Shown: positions 20,094 to 29,434, numbered from the stretch's first letter. The stretch is 64,000 nt of DNA from Alphaproteobacteria bacterium (GCA_017467335.1 JAFTSJ010000009.1:852-64851), one strand, 5' to 3'. A program made the numbers and translations. The notes: a model not told the origin generated them from the letters alone.

Positions 20094-21146
20094 ATGTCAA
20101 ATAAATCAGTATGTTTTAATGCGGCAAATGCTTTAAGTGTTGAACGCGGTTCAGCATTGCTTCATAAAAAAAAGAAAAGCGATTCGGTACCGACAAATGT
20201 TCAAAATGAAGTTGTCAGACAATTCATTCAGCAAAATCAAAAAGGGCAAACTCGGGTTTTTGTAGCCGGTGGTTCTCGAGCCGGTCATAATCCGATTTTT
20301 GAAGAACAAGCCTTTGAATTGGGAAAAATTATCGGACAGAAAAAATTTCGCTTAAACTTTGGTTTATCCTCCAAAGGAATCATGGGGGCTGTAGCGAAAG
20401 GAGTTCTTCAATCGTGGAGTCAATTGAAAAATCCGTTTTCAACGCCGATACATGCTGTTACGACCAAAGAATATTTAGCTTTGTATCAAAGTGATGATGT
20501 GATTGATAAAGTATCGGAAATTATCGTTGCACATACATTGGAAGAACGTAAACAACAATTGTTACGGGCTGATTTTGTGATTTTTGCACCCGGTGGTGTT
20601 GGTACATTAGACGAATTGGTTTACGATTGTGTTGCCATGCAAGACGGATTTTTGGATTTTAAACCGTTTGTATTGTTTAATGTAGATGGGTTCTTTCATC
20701 ATTTATTGGAATATTTAAAAGAAATTCAAACAAAAGGATTTTCGGATTCAGTTCCTTTTATTGTTGTTGATGACAGTTTTGAAGCCGGCGTTGCATTTGA
20801 CATGTTGGCTGAATATTATACACCTAAGATGAAAGAGATAAAAAGTAAAAAACACGCTCCCGAAATCATTGAGCATTTAGTTTATTTATTGCCCCATATG
20901 ATACATTTGAGGCGTTTACATCCGTCTAAAACGACATATGATATTTTAAAACAGTGGGAAGATATACATAAGAACGGTCTTCCTGATGAAAAGCAACAGT
21001 TGAAAACCGATATTGAAACAGCCTATCTGAATAAAGAAATTGAACGGATGTATGAACGTTTAGCAAAAGCCGGTCGGGATACGGCCCTTATCAGTGATAA
21101 GTTGCATGAATTGAAAAAACGGTATAATAAAGAAAAATTCATCTGA
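20094..21146 (+). CDS. LOG/TIGR00730-family Rossmann protein with ~130-aa C-terminal extension
   Basis: VFVAGGSRAGHNP and PGGVGTLDEL (the PGGxGTxxE LOG motif). AGGAGA RBS. Confidence 0.7.
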   Translation: MSNKSVCFNAANALSVERGSALLHKKKKSDSVPTNVQNEVVRQFIQQNQKGQTRVFVAGGSRAGHNPIFEEQAFELGKIIGQKKFRLNFGLSSKGIMGAVAKGVLQSWSQLKNPFSTPIHAVTTKEYLALYQSDDVIDKVSEIIVAHTLEERKQQLLRADFVIFAPGGVGTLDELVYDCVAMQDGFLDFKPFVLFNVDGFFHHLLEYLKEIQTKGFSDSVPFIVVDDSFEAGVAFDMLAEYYTPKMKEIKSKKHAPEIIEHLVYLLPHMIHLRRLHPSKTTYDILKQWEDIHKNGLPDEKQQLKTDIETAYLNKEIERMYERLAKAGRDTALISDKLHELKKRYNKEKFI

Positions 21147-21184
21147 AATGTTGATAACTCCGTTTTGATAAAGGCGGAGTTACT

Positions 21185-22948
21185 ATGGATTTTATTTGTT
21201 TACCGATATTATTGTTTACGGGCTTGATGTTAATAACCATTTTAACCGGTTTTTTGACCGGTCGGTTGGGCATGCCTTTAATATTGCTTTTTATCTTAAT
21301 CGGATTGGTGTTAGGTTCTCCGATGTCACCGTTTCGGGAAATCGGGTTATTAAGTGCAGAACATGTTTTTTTTATCGGTTCGGTAGCGTTGGCTTTAATT
21401 TTATTTGATAGTGGTTTTAATACACGATTTTCTCATTTTAAAATGGTTGCTAAACCGGCTGTTTTATTAGCCTCTGTTGGTGTTTTTATCAGTACATTGA
21501 TTTTAACGCCCGTGGTTATGGTTTTATTGAATTGTACTTTCATTCAAGGCTTGTTATTATCATCAATCATCGGGTCAACGGATGCGGCTGCTGTCTTTTT
21601 TTTATTACGATCTCGAGGTTTGTTTTTGAAAAATAAAGTTAAATCAACCTTGGAAGTTGAATCCGGTTCGAATGATCCGATGGCTATATTTTTAACATTA
21701 ACCTGTCTAACGGTTTTAGTATTTCCCGCTCAAACAAATGACCAAAATTTCTTGTTTTTTCTGAACATGTTGCTCAAACAATTAACAATTGGTATTTTAG
21801 GTGGGTGCATGTTATTTGTTATTTTAAAATATTCCTTGAAACGAATAGAATTAGAGCAGGCGTTATTTCCTTTATTTGTTTTATCGGTTGTGATGGGTGG
21901 ATTTGCCGTTATAACGTTATTGAACGGAAGTGGTTATCTGGCTGTTTATTTATGTGGATTGTTGATAGGAAATACGCCGATAAAATCATATACAACTTTA
22001 TTAAAATTTCAACAAACGATTACATGGTTGAGTCAAATTATTATGTTTACGGCTTTGGGATTATTTGCTTCACCGGAACAATTATCAACTTTATTTGCGG
22101 AAGCCTTATTCATCAGCATTGCGTTGATGTTGGTTGCTCGTCCGATAATGGTTTTTTGTTTGTTACATTTTTTTAAAATATATTCCCGAATGGAAAAAAT
22201 ATTTATTTCATTTGTCGGATTAAGAGGCGCTACATCTGTTTTGTTGGCATTAGCACCGATTGTTTTTAACATGCCGTTCGGTGAAACTTTTTTTAATATT
22301 ATATTTATCATGGTGTTGTTAAGTTTGAGTATTCAAGGTTTTTTTATTCCGCTTGTTGCCCGTTATTGTCAGGTTGTTGCCACGCATAAAACAATGTTGC
22401 CGGAACGAACAAGTGTTGATTTACCGGGGCTTATACAAAGTAATTTGATTGTTTATGAGTTAGGAGAAAATTCTGCCGTTTTATCCGGACAGCGATGGCC
22501 TCAATGGGCTCAACCGCTGTTATTAAAGCGAAATAATGTTGTTTATCAATCAAACAATATCCCATCATTGAAACAAAAAGATTATGTATATGTATTTGCT
22601 CCGAATGAACACCGAATAACATTACTGGATCGTCTTTATGGGAATGTTAAAGAGTCTCACAAACCGAAAGTGTTTGGTGATTTTCCGATTAAGCCGACAG
22701 CTACTTTTTTGGAATTAAAGAAAAATTACGGTATCGAAATAGATCCGTGTCTTAAAAATGTTACTCTGGGAGAGTATATTCAATCAGAATTTCCTGAGGC
22801 AGATATTGGTGACAGATTTACATTTGATACCGTTGAAATCGTTATTCGCATGAAAAAAGCAGGAAAAATCGTTGGATTTGGCATAGATATTGATCCGCAA
22901 CATCCACAGCATGAAATATCTCAAAATCCGTTAAAAAAAAACAAATAA
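21185..22948 (+). CDS. K+/H+ (cation/proton) antiporter, CPA1 NhaP2/CvrA type with C-terminal TrkA-C-like domain
   Basis: 587 aa. About 12 TM segments with GSTDAAAVF and SGSNDPMA motifs typical of NhaP2, plus a soluble C-terminus. Confidence 0.8.
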   Translation: MDFICLPILLFTGLMLITILTGFLTGRLGMPLILLFILIGLVLGSPMSPFREIGLLSAEHVFFIGSVALALILFDSGFNTRFSHFKMVAKPAVLLASVGVFISTLILTPVVMVLLNCTFIQGLLLSSIIGSTDAAAVFFLLRSRGLFLKNKVKSTLEVESGSNDPMAIFLTLTCLTVLVFPAQTNDQNFLFFLNMLLKQLTIGILGGCMLFVILKYSLKRIELEQALFPLFVLSVVMGGFAVITLLNGSGYLAVYLCGLLIGNTPIKSYTTLLKFQQTITWLSQIIMFTALGLFASPEQLSTLFAEALFISIALMLVARPIMVFCLLHFFKIYSRMEKIFISFVGLRGATSVLLALAPIVFNMPFGETFFNIIFIMVLLSLSIQGFFIPLVARYCQVVATHKTMLPERTSVDLPGLIQSNLIVYELGENSAVLSGQRWPQWAQPLLLKRNNVVYQSNNIPSLKQKDYVYVFAPNEHRITLLDRLYGNVKESHKPKVFGDFPIKPTATFLELKKNYGIEIDPCLKNVTLGEYIQSEFPEADIGDRFTFDTVEIVIRMKKAGKIVGFGIDIDPQHPQHEISQNPLKKNK

Positions 22949-22964
22949 AGGGTCATGTTTTTGC

Positions 22965-22993
22965 TTGCAATCATTTTCAAATTTTTATAAAAT
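22965..22993 (+). promoter_or_regulatory. sigma70-type promoter
   Basis: TTGCAA-17 nt-TAAAAT inside the motif TTTTGCTTGCA. Confidence 0.5.
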
Positions 22994-23088
22994 CAAGCAT
23001 ATTTCAGTTTTGGTTCACAAAAAGAAAAATATGTTTTGTTTTTTTTGAAAACAAAAGGTGTTTTTATTCTATTGTTAGGGAAAATTAA

Positions 23089-24876
23089 ATGCACTCATTA
23101 CCTGTTTTAATTACTGATTTAACACTTATTTCCATTTATGCCGGTATAGCGATTTTATTATTTAAATGGTTAAAACAACCGGTTGTTTTAGGGTATATTT
23201 TAGCAGGTATTGTTGCTGGTCCGTATTTGACGGTTTTTCCGTCCGTAACTGATAAAGCCAATATTACGATTTGGGCTGATATCGGTGTTATCTTTTTATT
23301 GTTTAGTTTAGGATTGGAATTTAGTTTTAAAAAGATTGTCAATGTTGGTAAAACGGCTATCATTACAGCCATGACAAATATTATTTTTATGCTGTTTATC
23401 GGTTATATTACGGGGCGTATGCTCGGTTGGACGACAGCGGACAGTTTGTTTTTAGGCGGTATGATTTCTATGTCTTCAACGACCATTATTATTAAAGCAT
23501 TTGAGGAATTAAATCTTAAAAAACAACGTTTTACAGACTTGGTTTTTGGTATTTTGGTTGTTGAAGATTTAGTCGGGATTTTATTGTTAGTATTATTGCC
23601 GACCGTGGCATTAAGTAACAGCGTTAACGCAACTGAAATGATGGGTAGTACACTTAAACTGCTATTCTTTTTGGTTTTATGTTTTGTGGTGGGTGTTTAT
23701 GCTGTTCCGACCTTTCTTAAAAAAGTTAAACCCTACTTAAATGAAGAAGTTTTATTGATTATTTCCATTGCGTTGTGTATGAGTATGGTTTTGTTTGCAA
23801 CGTCATCAGGATTTTCATCGGCTTTGGGAGCATTTTTAATGGGGTCAATTTTGGCAGAAACGGAATTGGCTCATAAAATGGAAAATGTTTTGAAACCGGT
23901 TAAAGATTTCTTTGGGGCCGTTTTCTTTGTTTCGGTCGGGATGATGGTTGATCCGGCAATGTTTATTACTTATGCTTGGCCGATATTGTGCATTACATTA
24001 GTTGTTGTTGTCGGCAAGGTGTTTTTTACCGGTTTGGGTATGACATTATCAGGGCAGGCTGTTCGTACATCTGTTTTGTGTGGTTTTTCGTTGGCACAGG
24101 TTGGTGAATTTGCTTTCATTATTGCTGCGTTAGGTATGAGTTTGGGCGTGTTGGGTGAATACGTTTATCCGACAATTGTGGCTGTATCTGTTATCACAAC
24201 ATTTACAACGCCGATGATGATTAAGTCTGCTGTACCGTTTTATAATAAAACAAAAGAATTGTTGCCTCCTTCATGGAAAGATTTTATTTCTAAAAATTTG
24301 GTTCGTTCTGTTCGTGATACACAGGCGGAAAACAGTTTGTGGAATAATTTGTTTAAAAATTACTTTATTCGTATTTTGATTTTTTCCGTTATTTTATTAA
24401 GCATTATCAATTTGTCCGGTGCCTTTTTATTTCCGGCGATTAAGAATTTTTTACCTGATATTAAAGGACGTGTTTTGACAACAATAATCGTTATGGGAAT
24501 AATGGCTCCATTTTTAAATGCTTTATTGTTATTTCGAGGGAAATATACAAAAATTTATATGGAATTATGGAATGAAAAGAAAACGAACCGATTGCCTTTG
24601 ATGTTATTAACGGCTTTTCGGATTGTTATGGTTGCGTTATTTGTTATGATGGCGATACACCAATTTTTGACAACTAATCTAAAAGTGACGTTATTTTGTT
24701 TGTTCGTATTGATTATTATTTTGATTAAATCAAAATGGGTTTTCACACAATATATGCGAATTGAAAAACACTTTTTGATAAATTTGAATGGTGATATGAC
24801 AGTTGTTTCGGATGATACTGCTCAAACAAAAGAAGCGGACAAAGACACATCAACAGAATCGGTACAATTGGCATAA
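23089..24876 (+). CDS. cation:proton antiporter, CPA2 family
   Basis: N-terminus LKQPVVLGYILAGIVAGPY is typical of the Kef/CPA2 family. Polytopic, with extra C-terminal TM helices and no RCK domain seen. Confidence 0.8.
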   Translation: MHSLPVLITDLTLISIYAGIAILLFKWLKQPVVLGYILAGIVAGPYLTVFPSVTDKANITIWADIGVIFLLFSLGLEFSFKKIVNVGKTAIITAMTNIIFMLFIGYITGRMLGWTTADSLFLGGMISMSSTTIIIKAFEELNLKKQRFTDLVFGILVVEDLVGILLLVLLPTVALSNSVNATEMMGSTLKLLFFLVLCFVVGVYAVPTFLKKVKPYLNEEVLLIISIALCMSMVLFATSSGFSSALGAFLMGSILAETELAHKMENVLKPVKDFFGAVFFVSVGMMVDPAMFITYAWPILCITLVVVVGKVFFTGLGMTLSGQAVRTSVLCGFSLAQVGEFAFIIAALGMSLGVLGEYVYPTIVAVSVITTFTTPMMIKSAVPFYNKTKELLPPSWKDFISKNLVRSVRDTQAENSLWNNLFKNYFIRILIFSVILLSIINLSGAFLFPAIKNFLPDIKGRVLTTIIVMGIMAPFLNALLLFRGKYTKIYMELWNEKKTNRLPLMLLTAFRIVMVALFVMMAIHQFLTTNLKVTLFCLFVLIIILIKSKWVFTQYMRIEKHFLINLNGDMTVVSDDTAQTKEADKDTSTESVQLA

Positions 24877-24879
24877 AAA

Positions 24880-25986
24880 ATGAAGAAAAATTTTACGGCT
24901 ACGGCGTCATATGTTGAATTTTTGATTGATGATTGGTTGGATACTCTTGTTGTGAAAGGTTTTCCTGAACATTGGACGGATACGGTTAAAAAATTAGCTC
25001 GTATTCATTCATCAGATAGGAAAATTGAAGTTTATCCGGAACAGGTTAACCGTTTTTTTCAATTGATTGATAATCAAGCCGTTTTATTGGGAAATGATGA
25101 ATTGTCAGATCAGTTATCAATTGAAAAATGTAAAGAACGGCATGCCAAGTATTTAGATGGAGCTCAAACAGCAACTCATATATACCTAAATAAAATTGTT
25201 ACACGGTTGTATGAAGCTAATCCTGATATTTTAGGGAAAAAACCCAATCCTTTTTATTTTCATGCACAATATCCTAACAAAAAAACAGATGGTATGGCGA
25301 TTTATACAAGCCAATGGCCTCCAATGATTATACTTCGATTGTATGATATCGGTACTCTTTATCAAACAGAAGATGTATTGGCATGGGATTTGGCACATGA
25401 ATTGATTCATTTGACGTTATTGCGTCAATTAAGTGATAAAGTAACAACAAATAAAGAAGAAAGTGTTTGTGATTTGTTAGCTACGGTTTGTGCTATGCGG
25501 GCTGGTTATTCGGGTAAAGGAGCCGTTGTCGATTGGGCTCAAAGGGTAAAGTTGAAGTCATCTGTTTTGACAGAGTGTCTTTTGTATAATAAATACAATA
25601 AAACTTTAACGGCACAAGAAATTGCTTCATTAACATCGGAAGATGCTTTTCATTTATACGATGCTTGTGAACGAGGCATAATAACCTTGCCTTCAGACGT
25701 TATTGAACAGTTAAAAGTATATCAGAACGAAGAAGTAAAACATGTTCATCCACATGTATTGACACGTATTTTATATACAAATGAAATGGTTAATTACTTA
25801 CTGAAACAACAATGCGTTCCTGATATTCGATATATAACACCAATTCCGGCATATTTAATTGATTTAATTGCTTCAAAACAAAGATTAAGGCGTCCGATAA
25901 TACCGAAAAAGGTATCTCCTTATTTGATGAATAAAATCAAAAAACGCTACTTAAAACAACAAAAATTGAAAAAACGTACGACATGA
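24880..25986 (+). CDS. hypothetical protein with HExxH motif (possible zincin)
   Basis: 368 aa, starting 4 nt after the antiporter stop. It contains one AHELIHL motif and is otherwise an orphan. Confidence 0.6.
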   Translation: MKKNFTATASYVEFLIDDWLDTLVVKGFPEHWTDTVKKLARIHSSDRKIEVYPEQVNRFFQLIDNQAVLLGNDELSDQLSIEKCKERHAKYLDGAQTATHIYLNKIVTRLYEANPDILGKKPNPFYFHAQYPNKKTDGMAIYTSQWPPMIILRLYDIGTLYQTEDVLAWDLAHELIHLTLLRQLSDKVTTNKEESVCDLLATVCAMRAGYSGKGAVVDWAQRVKLKSSVLTECLLYNKYNKTLTAQEIASLTSEDAFHLYDACERGIITLPSDVIEQLKVYQNEEVKHVHPHVLTRILYTNEMVNYLLKQQCVPDIRYITPIPAYLIDLIASKQRLRRPIIPKKVSPYLMNKIKKRYLKQQKLKKRTT

Positions 25987-26005
25987 TTTAATGGTGTATA
26001 TTATA

Positions 26006-26036
26006 AAAATGGGGGATTTTCTCCCCCATTTTTTAT
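26006..26036. terminator. bidirectional terminator hairpin
   Basis: AAAATGGGGGA-TTTT-CTCCCCCATTTT between convergent genes. Confidence 0.75.
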
Positions 26037-29000
26037 TTTTTTACACACCAAACGTTACCGTCATCATCTGTTTCAATCATTCGATTACAACCACTTGCTT
26101 CACACACAGCTTTTGCTTTGGTCGTATCAGTTATCATGATGTCAACATCTGTTGTGCAACTTTCTAATTGACCCGTACTATCGATAAAATAACCATCTTC
26201 GGCTTGTTTGGAACAATACCATATTGTTTTATCACTTGTCTGTTGACTGAATGCAACCCGATTGCACGCTTCGCATTGTTGACGATAAACCGCTTCCGTT
26301 CCGATTTCACGCACATTGTTGTCTTCACTGCATACAAGACATTTACCGTTTTGAGTTGATTGCCATCCTGAACCGGTTGTACAAGTCGGAACACAATATT
26401 GTAAACCGTTTGACCCGACTGTTAAAACTTGACGGTTACCACATTGTCCGCATGTTGCCGTATGCTCGGATTTCAGTCGATAGGTTGCATTGATATAGGA
26501 ACTTGGTTCACTATTAGGCGTGCATTTGACACAATCGGGTGTATTGTTCATAAATTCATTTGTTTGACATCCACCCAACGAACAAACACCACCACTGTAT
26601 GTGCGTTGCATTACTTTGGTATTACATAAAGCACATTGAACCTGCGATGTTGATACCGCCTTTTCCGTTGTGCATTCATGACAATTACCGGAGTCATCTC
26701 TAAATTTAAAGCCATCATAATCACCATCGAGGTAAGGTTGAATCGCATCTTTTAAATCTGAATCCATATTGGTTGGAAATGTTAAATTCTTGCTGTTACA
26801 AACACCACTCACACCAGGGTCAATCAATATACATCTTGATATGTTGTCCATAATTACACTTGTAATTCGATTATTGCACCGCCGACATTGTTCAGCCATA
26901 ATAAGAGAATTAGGCGCAATCCCATATTGAGAATCTCCAACACGATCACAGCGCATACAATCTCCCATTGTTCCCCGATACCTCACCATACCATCTGTAT
27001 CATTTGGGCAGGTTTTCAATACACATAAACCATCTCCATATGAAACTTTTTCCCGAGGATAGGCTGTATTTTGACAGACTTTCTCACAATGGTCCTCATC
27101 AACATACGTATTATAATAAGTTGAATATTTACCATTATCTTGTGAACATGGCATACACATTCCACCTGTATTTTGCCACTGATTCTCGGGACAAATTTTC
27201 AAACATTTTTGATTTCCGTTTGAATCCGTATAAATCCAACGAGTAGCAACTGCATCAGCATCTGTGCTATACTCGCCATTCTTTTTACGACAGTTTTTAA
27301 TACAACCCGAATCTTCTTCGGACACAATGTCTTTTCCATTAACGTCACAATTGTACGGTTCGCCGTCTTTTCCCCGAAATTGTCCCGTTTTTAATGCTTT
27401 TTCAATCATACAGTATCCGTTTCTAGCCGTTCGACCACACGCAACACACATTTTTTCTTCATAGGTGTCTATTTCATCCGTTCCACCTGTTGCAATAGAT
27501 CTACTTGATGTATCACTACATGCATAACATTGGCCTCCACTACGATATTGTCGTTCACAAGGCGTGCTGTCATCACCATCCGTACAAGCAGTGATAGAGG
27601 CATCTTCATCCGGTTGTTCACAAATGGGGCGACAAAGTGCATTCGAACCCAATTCACGTATCGGATTACCGTTGTCATCTTTGCAATTTTCAGTACACTG
27701 TGCGTTAATTTTTGACGAACTCCAACCAGAAGAACCTTTATACTCTCTATAACCCCCACCTTCCCAACCGGAAACACGATACTGGACATTATCTGTACAA
27801 GGATAACATGTCGGATTACCGCCAACTACTAAAAACGTACCTTTTTCACAATTCGGAAAATAATCACAAGAATTTTGCTGATAATAATTTTCCCACCAAA
27901 CAAGTCCACAGGCTTCACATAATTTACGAGCTTTATCTGTTCTTGGAATTCTATAACCTGTATCATTTGGCGAGCCATCTGGTTTACGGCACGGAATACA
28001 CCCATCATTTAACGATTCGTATGTAACACCCCGAATACACGCAACAGCACAATACGTTGTACCTGTAGATTCATCAACCGTAACCGTATGCGTATTAGCA
28101 CACGCATTACATTGTTCAATACCCGTTGTGTCATCTTCTATACTTAATGTGGTATCAGTAAATTTATCCGAACTGATTTCAATGGCGTTAATATCACTAC
28201 ATGGAATACATGCCCCGTTTTTGGCACGATATTCTTGGGGTTTTGACGAATCATAATTTTTACCTTCATTACAAACACGCATTTCCTGACAGGTATGATC
28301 TGACGTATTACAAACATAATTTTCGCCATGAGAAGAACAATCCTGATTAACCATACATTCAACGCATGCCCCTGTTTCACCGTTATCATAACAAAACGGT
28401 TTATTGGTTCCTGTACAGCTGTTTTTACACGTCATTTTATCGGTATCACAGGTAGCGTTTCCGCAAGGGCTACTACAATCCATATCTTCAACGCATGGGT
28501 CACCGCTTTGTCCGGTTCCTGCTTCATTATTTTCCGAATCTAAAAATGATGTAAAAACGATTAAATTATCTGTTTCATCTTCTCCACAAATAGAGGCATT
28601 GCCGGTATATTTGACTAAATCCCCCTCCCCTTGGGCAACTTGCACAAATTGAATCCCTTTAACAATACCGTTTAAGTTCATATTAACCACATTTTTACAC
28701 ACACGGGAAGAAACGCCTTCTACATAGGTTTTAAACGCAACGTCCGGATGAGATGTCATATAAATCGGGTATCCTGTACCTGTCATATCCGGAAATTCAT
28801 CAAAATCCGTGCCATCCTCACTGGGGTCTGGCAGGGGTTGTTCTTGATATTTATGCCAAACATCAGTCGCACGCAGATTCACTTCATACACAATATCATT
28901 GGCTCGATATTTATCCATCGCAAAGGTGTAACCGTAAATCCCACCGATTGAAAGAACGCCGATAATCGCCAAAACGCCCAATATTTCCACCATACTGCGT

Positions 29001-29059
29001 CCTGTTTCGGCTGTTTTTTGTTTAAAATATCCGTTTAAAAAAGCGTTTAAAATTTTCAT
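26033..29059 (-). CDS. cysteine-rich modular surface protein with prepilin-like N-terminal segment
   Basis: 1008 aa with a GAGGGG RBS. The N-terminus ...ETG/RSMVEILGVLAIIGVLSIGG has Gly at -1, Glu at +5 and a hydrophobic helix. By hand count there are about 78 Cys, 17 of them in CxxC motifs, arranged in about 10 divergent modules. Confidence 0.85.
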   Translation of the reverse strand: MKILNAFLNGYFKQKTAETGRSMVEILGVLAIIGVLSIGGIYGYTFAMDKYRANDIVYEVNLRATDVWHKYQEQPLPDPSEDGTDFDEFPDMTGTGYPIYMTSHPDVAFKTYVEGVSSRVCKNVVNMNLNGIVKGIQFVQVAQGEGDLVKYTGNASICGEDETDNLIVFTSFLDSENNEAGTGQSGDPCVEDMDCSSPCGNATCDTDKMTCKNSCTGTNKPFCYDNGETGACVECMVNQDCSSHGENYVCNTSDHTCQEMRVCNEGKNYDSSKPQEYRAKNGACIPCSDINAIEISSDKFTDTTLSIEDDTTGIEQCNACANTHTVTVDESTGTTYCAVACIRGVTYESLNDGCIPCRKPDGSPNDTGYRIPRTDKARKLCEACGLVWWENYYQQNSCDYFPNCEKGTFLVVGGNPTCYPCTDNVQYRVSGWEGGGYREYKGSSGWSSSKINAQCTENCKDDNGNPIRELGSNALCRPICEQPDEDASITACTDGDDSTPCERQYRSGGQCYACSDTSSRSIATGGTDEIDTYEEKMCVACGRTARNGYCMIEKALKTGQFRGKDGEPYNCDVNGKDIVSEEDSGCIKNCRKKNGEYSTDADAVATRWIYTDSNGNQKCLKICPENQWQNTGGMCMPCSQDNGKYSTYYNTYVDEDHCEKVCQNTAYPREKVSYGDGLCVLKTCPNDTDGMVRYRGTMGDCMRCDRVGDSQYGIAPNSLIMAEQCRRCNNRITSVIMDNISRCILIDPGVSGVCNSKNLTFPTNMDSDLKDAIQPYLDGDYDGFKFRDDSGNCHECTTEKAVSTSQVQCALCNTKVMQRTYSGGVCSLGGCQTNEFMNNTPDCVKCTPNSEPSSYINATYRLKSEHTATCGQCGNRQVLTVGSNGLQYCVPTCTTGSGWQSTQNGKCLVCSEDNNVREIGTEAVYRQQCEACNRVAFSQQTSDKTIWYCSKQAEDGYFIDSTGQLESCTTDVDIMITDTTKAKAVCEASGCNRMIETDDDGNVWCVKK

Positions 29060-29104
29060 AGACCCCTCACTGCAAAAGTTAACAAAATCAGACGGTTATT
29101 TTTC

Positions 29105-29136
29105 AAAAATGTGTCAAAAAAACGTCCCTTTTTTGA
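29105..29136. repeat. inverted repeat, left arm
   Basis: AAAAATGTGTCAAAAAAACGTCCCTTTTTTGA. Its reverse complement matches 29243-29275 except for one extra A. Confidence 0.9.
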
Positions 29137-29212
29137 ACGCTTTTTTTTGGCAGGGGTTACACTTTTTTAAAAACAAAAAAATCAATAAAAATCAAATAAT
29201 TATAAATTTTAG

Positions 29213-29241
29213 TTGACAAACGAAATGATATGAAATATTAT
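29213..29241 (+). promoter_or_regulatory. consensus sigma70 promoter between the inverted repeats, reading away from the Cys-rich gene
   Basis: TTGACA (29213-29218), 17-nt spacer, TATTAT (29236-29241). Confidence 0.6.
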
Positions 29242-29242
29242 G

Positions 29243-29275
29243 TCAAAAAAAGGGACGTTTTTTTGACACATTTTT
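29243..29275. repeat. inverted repeat, right arm
   Basis: TCAAAAAAAGGGACGTTTTTTTGACACATTTTT. This arm is itself an 11-bp/6-nt-loop palindrome (TGTCAAAAAAA GGGACG TTTTTTTGACA). Confidence 0.9.
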
Positions 29276-29434
29276 TCGAGTTAATACGTTGATTTAACTA
29301 TCTTTTTATTTTGGCCGTTTTAAAAAATTCCAAACAGTTTTTTGATAGGGGTTTTAAAAAATATTAACAACTGAATCATTTTGAAAAATGATTGTTTAAT
29401 AAATGTTTTTATCATACTCAACAAAAGAAAAGTA

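Noticed and set aside
29240-29266. 8-codon ORF (MSKKGTFF*) starting inside the right inverted-repeat arm.
   Set aside because: It is too short, has no RBS, and starts upstream of the predicted transcription start site of the adjacent promoter. It is most likely fortuitous.
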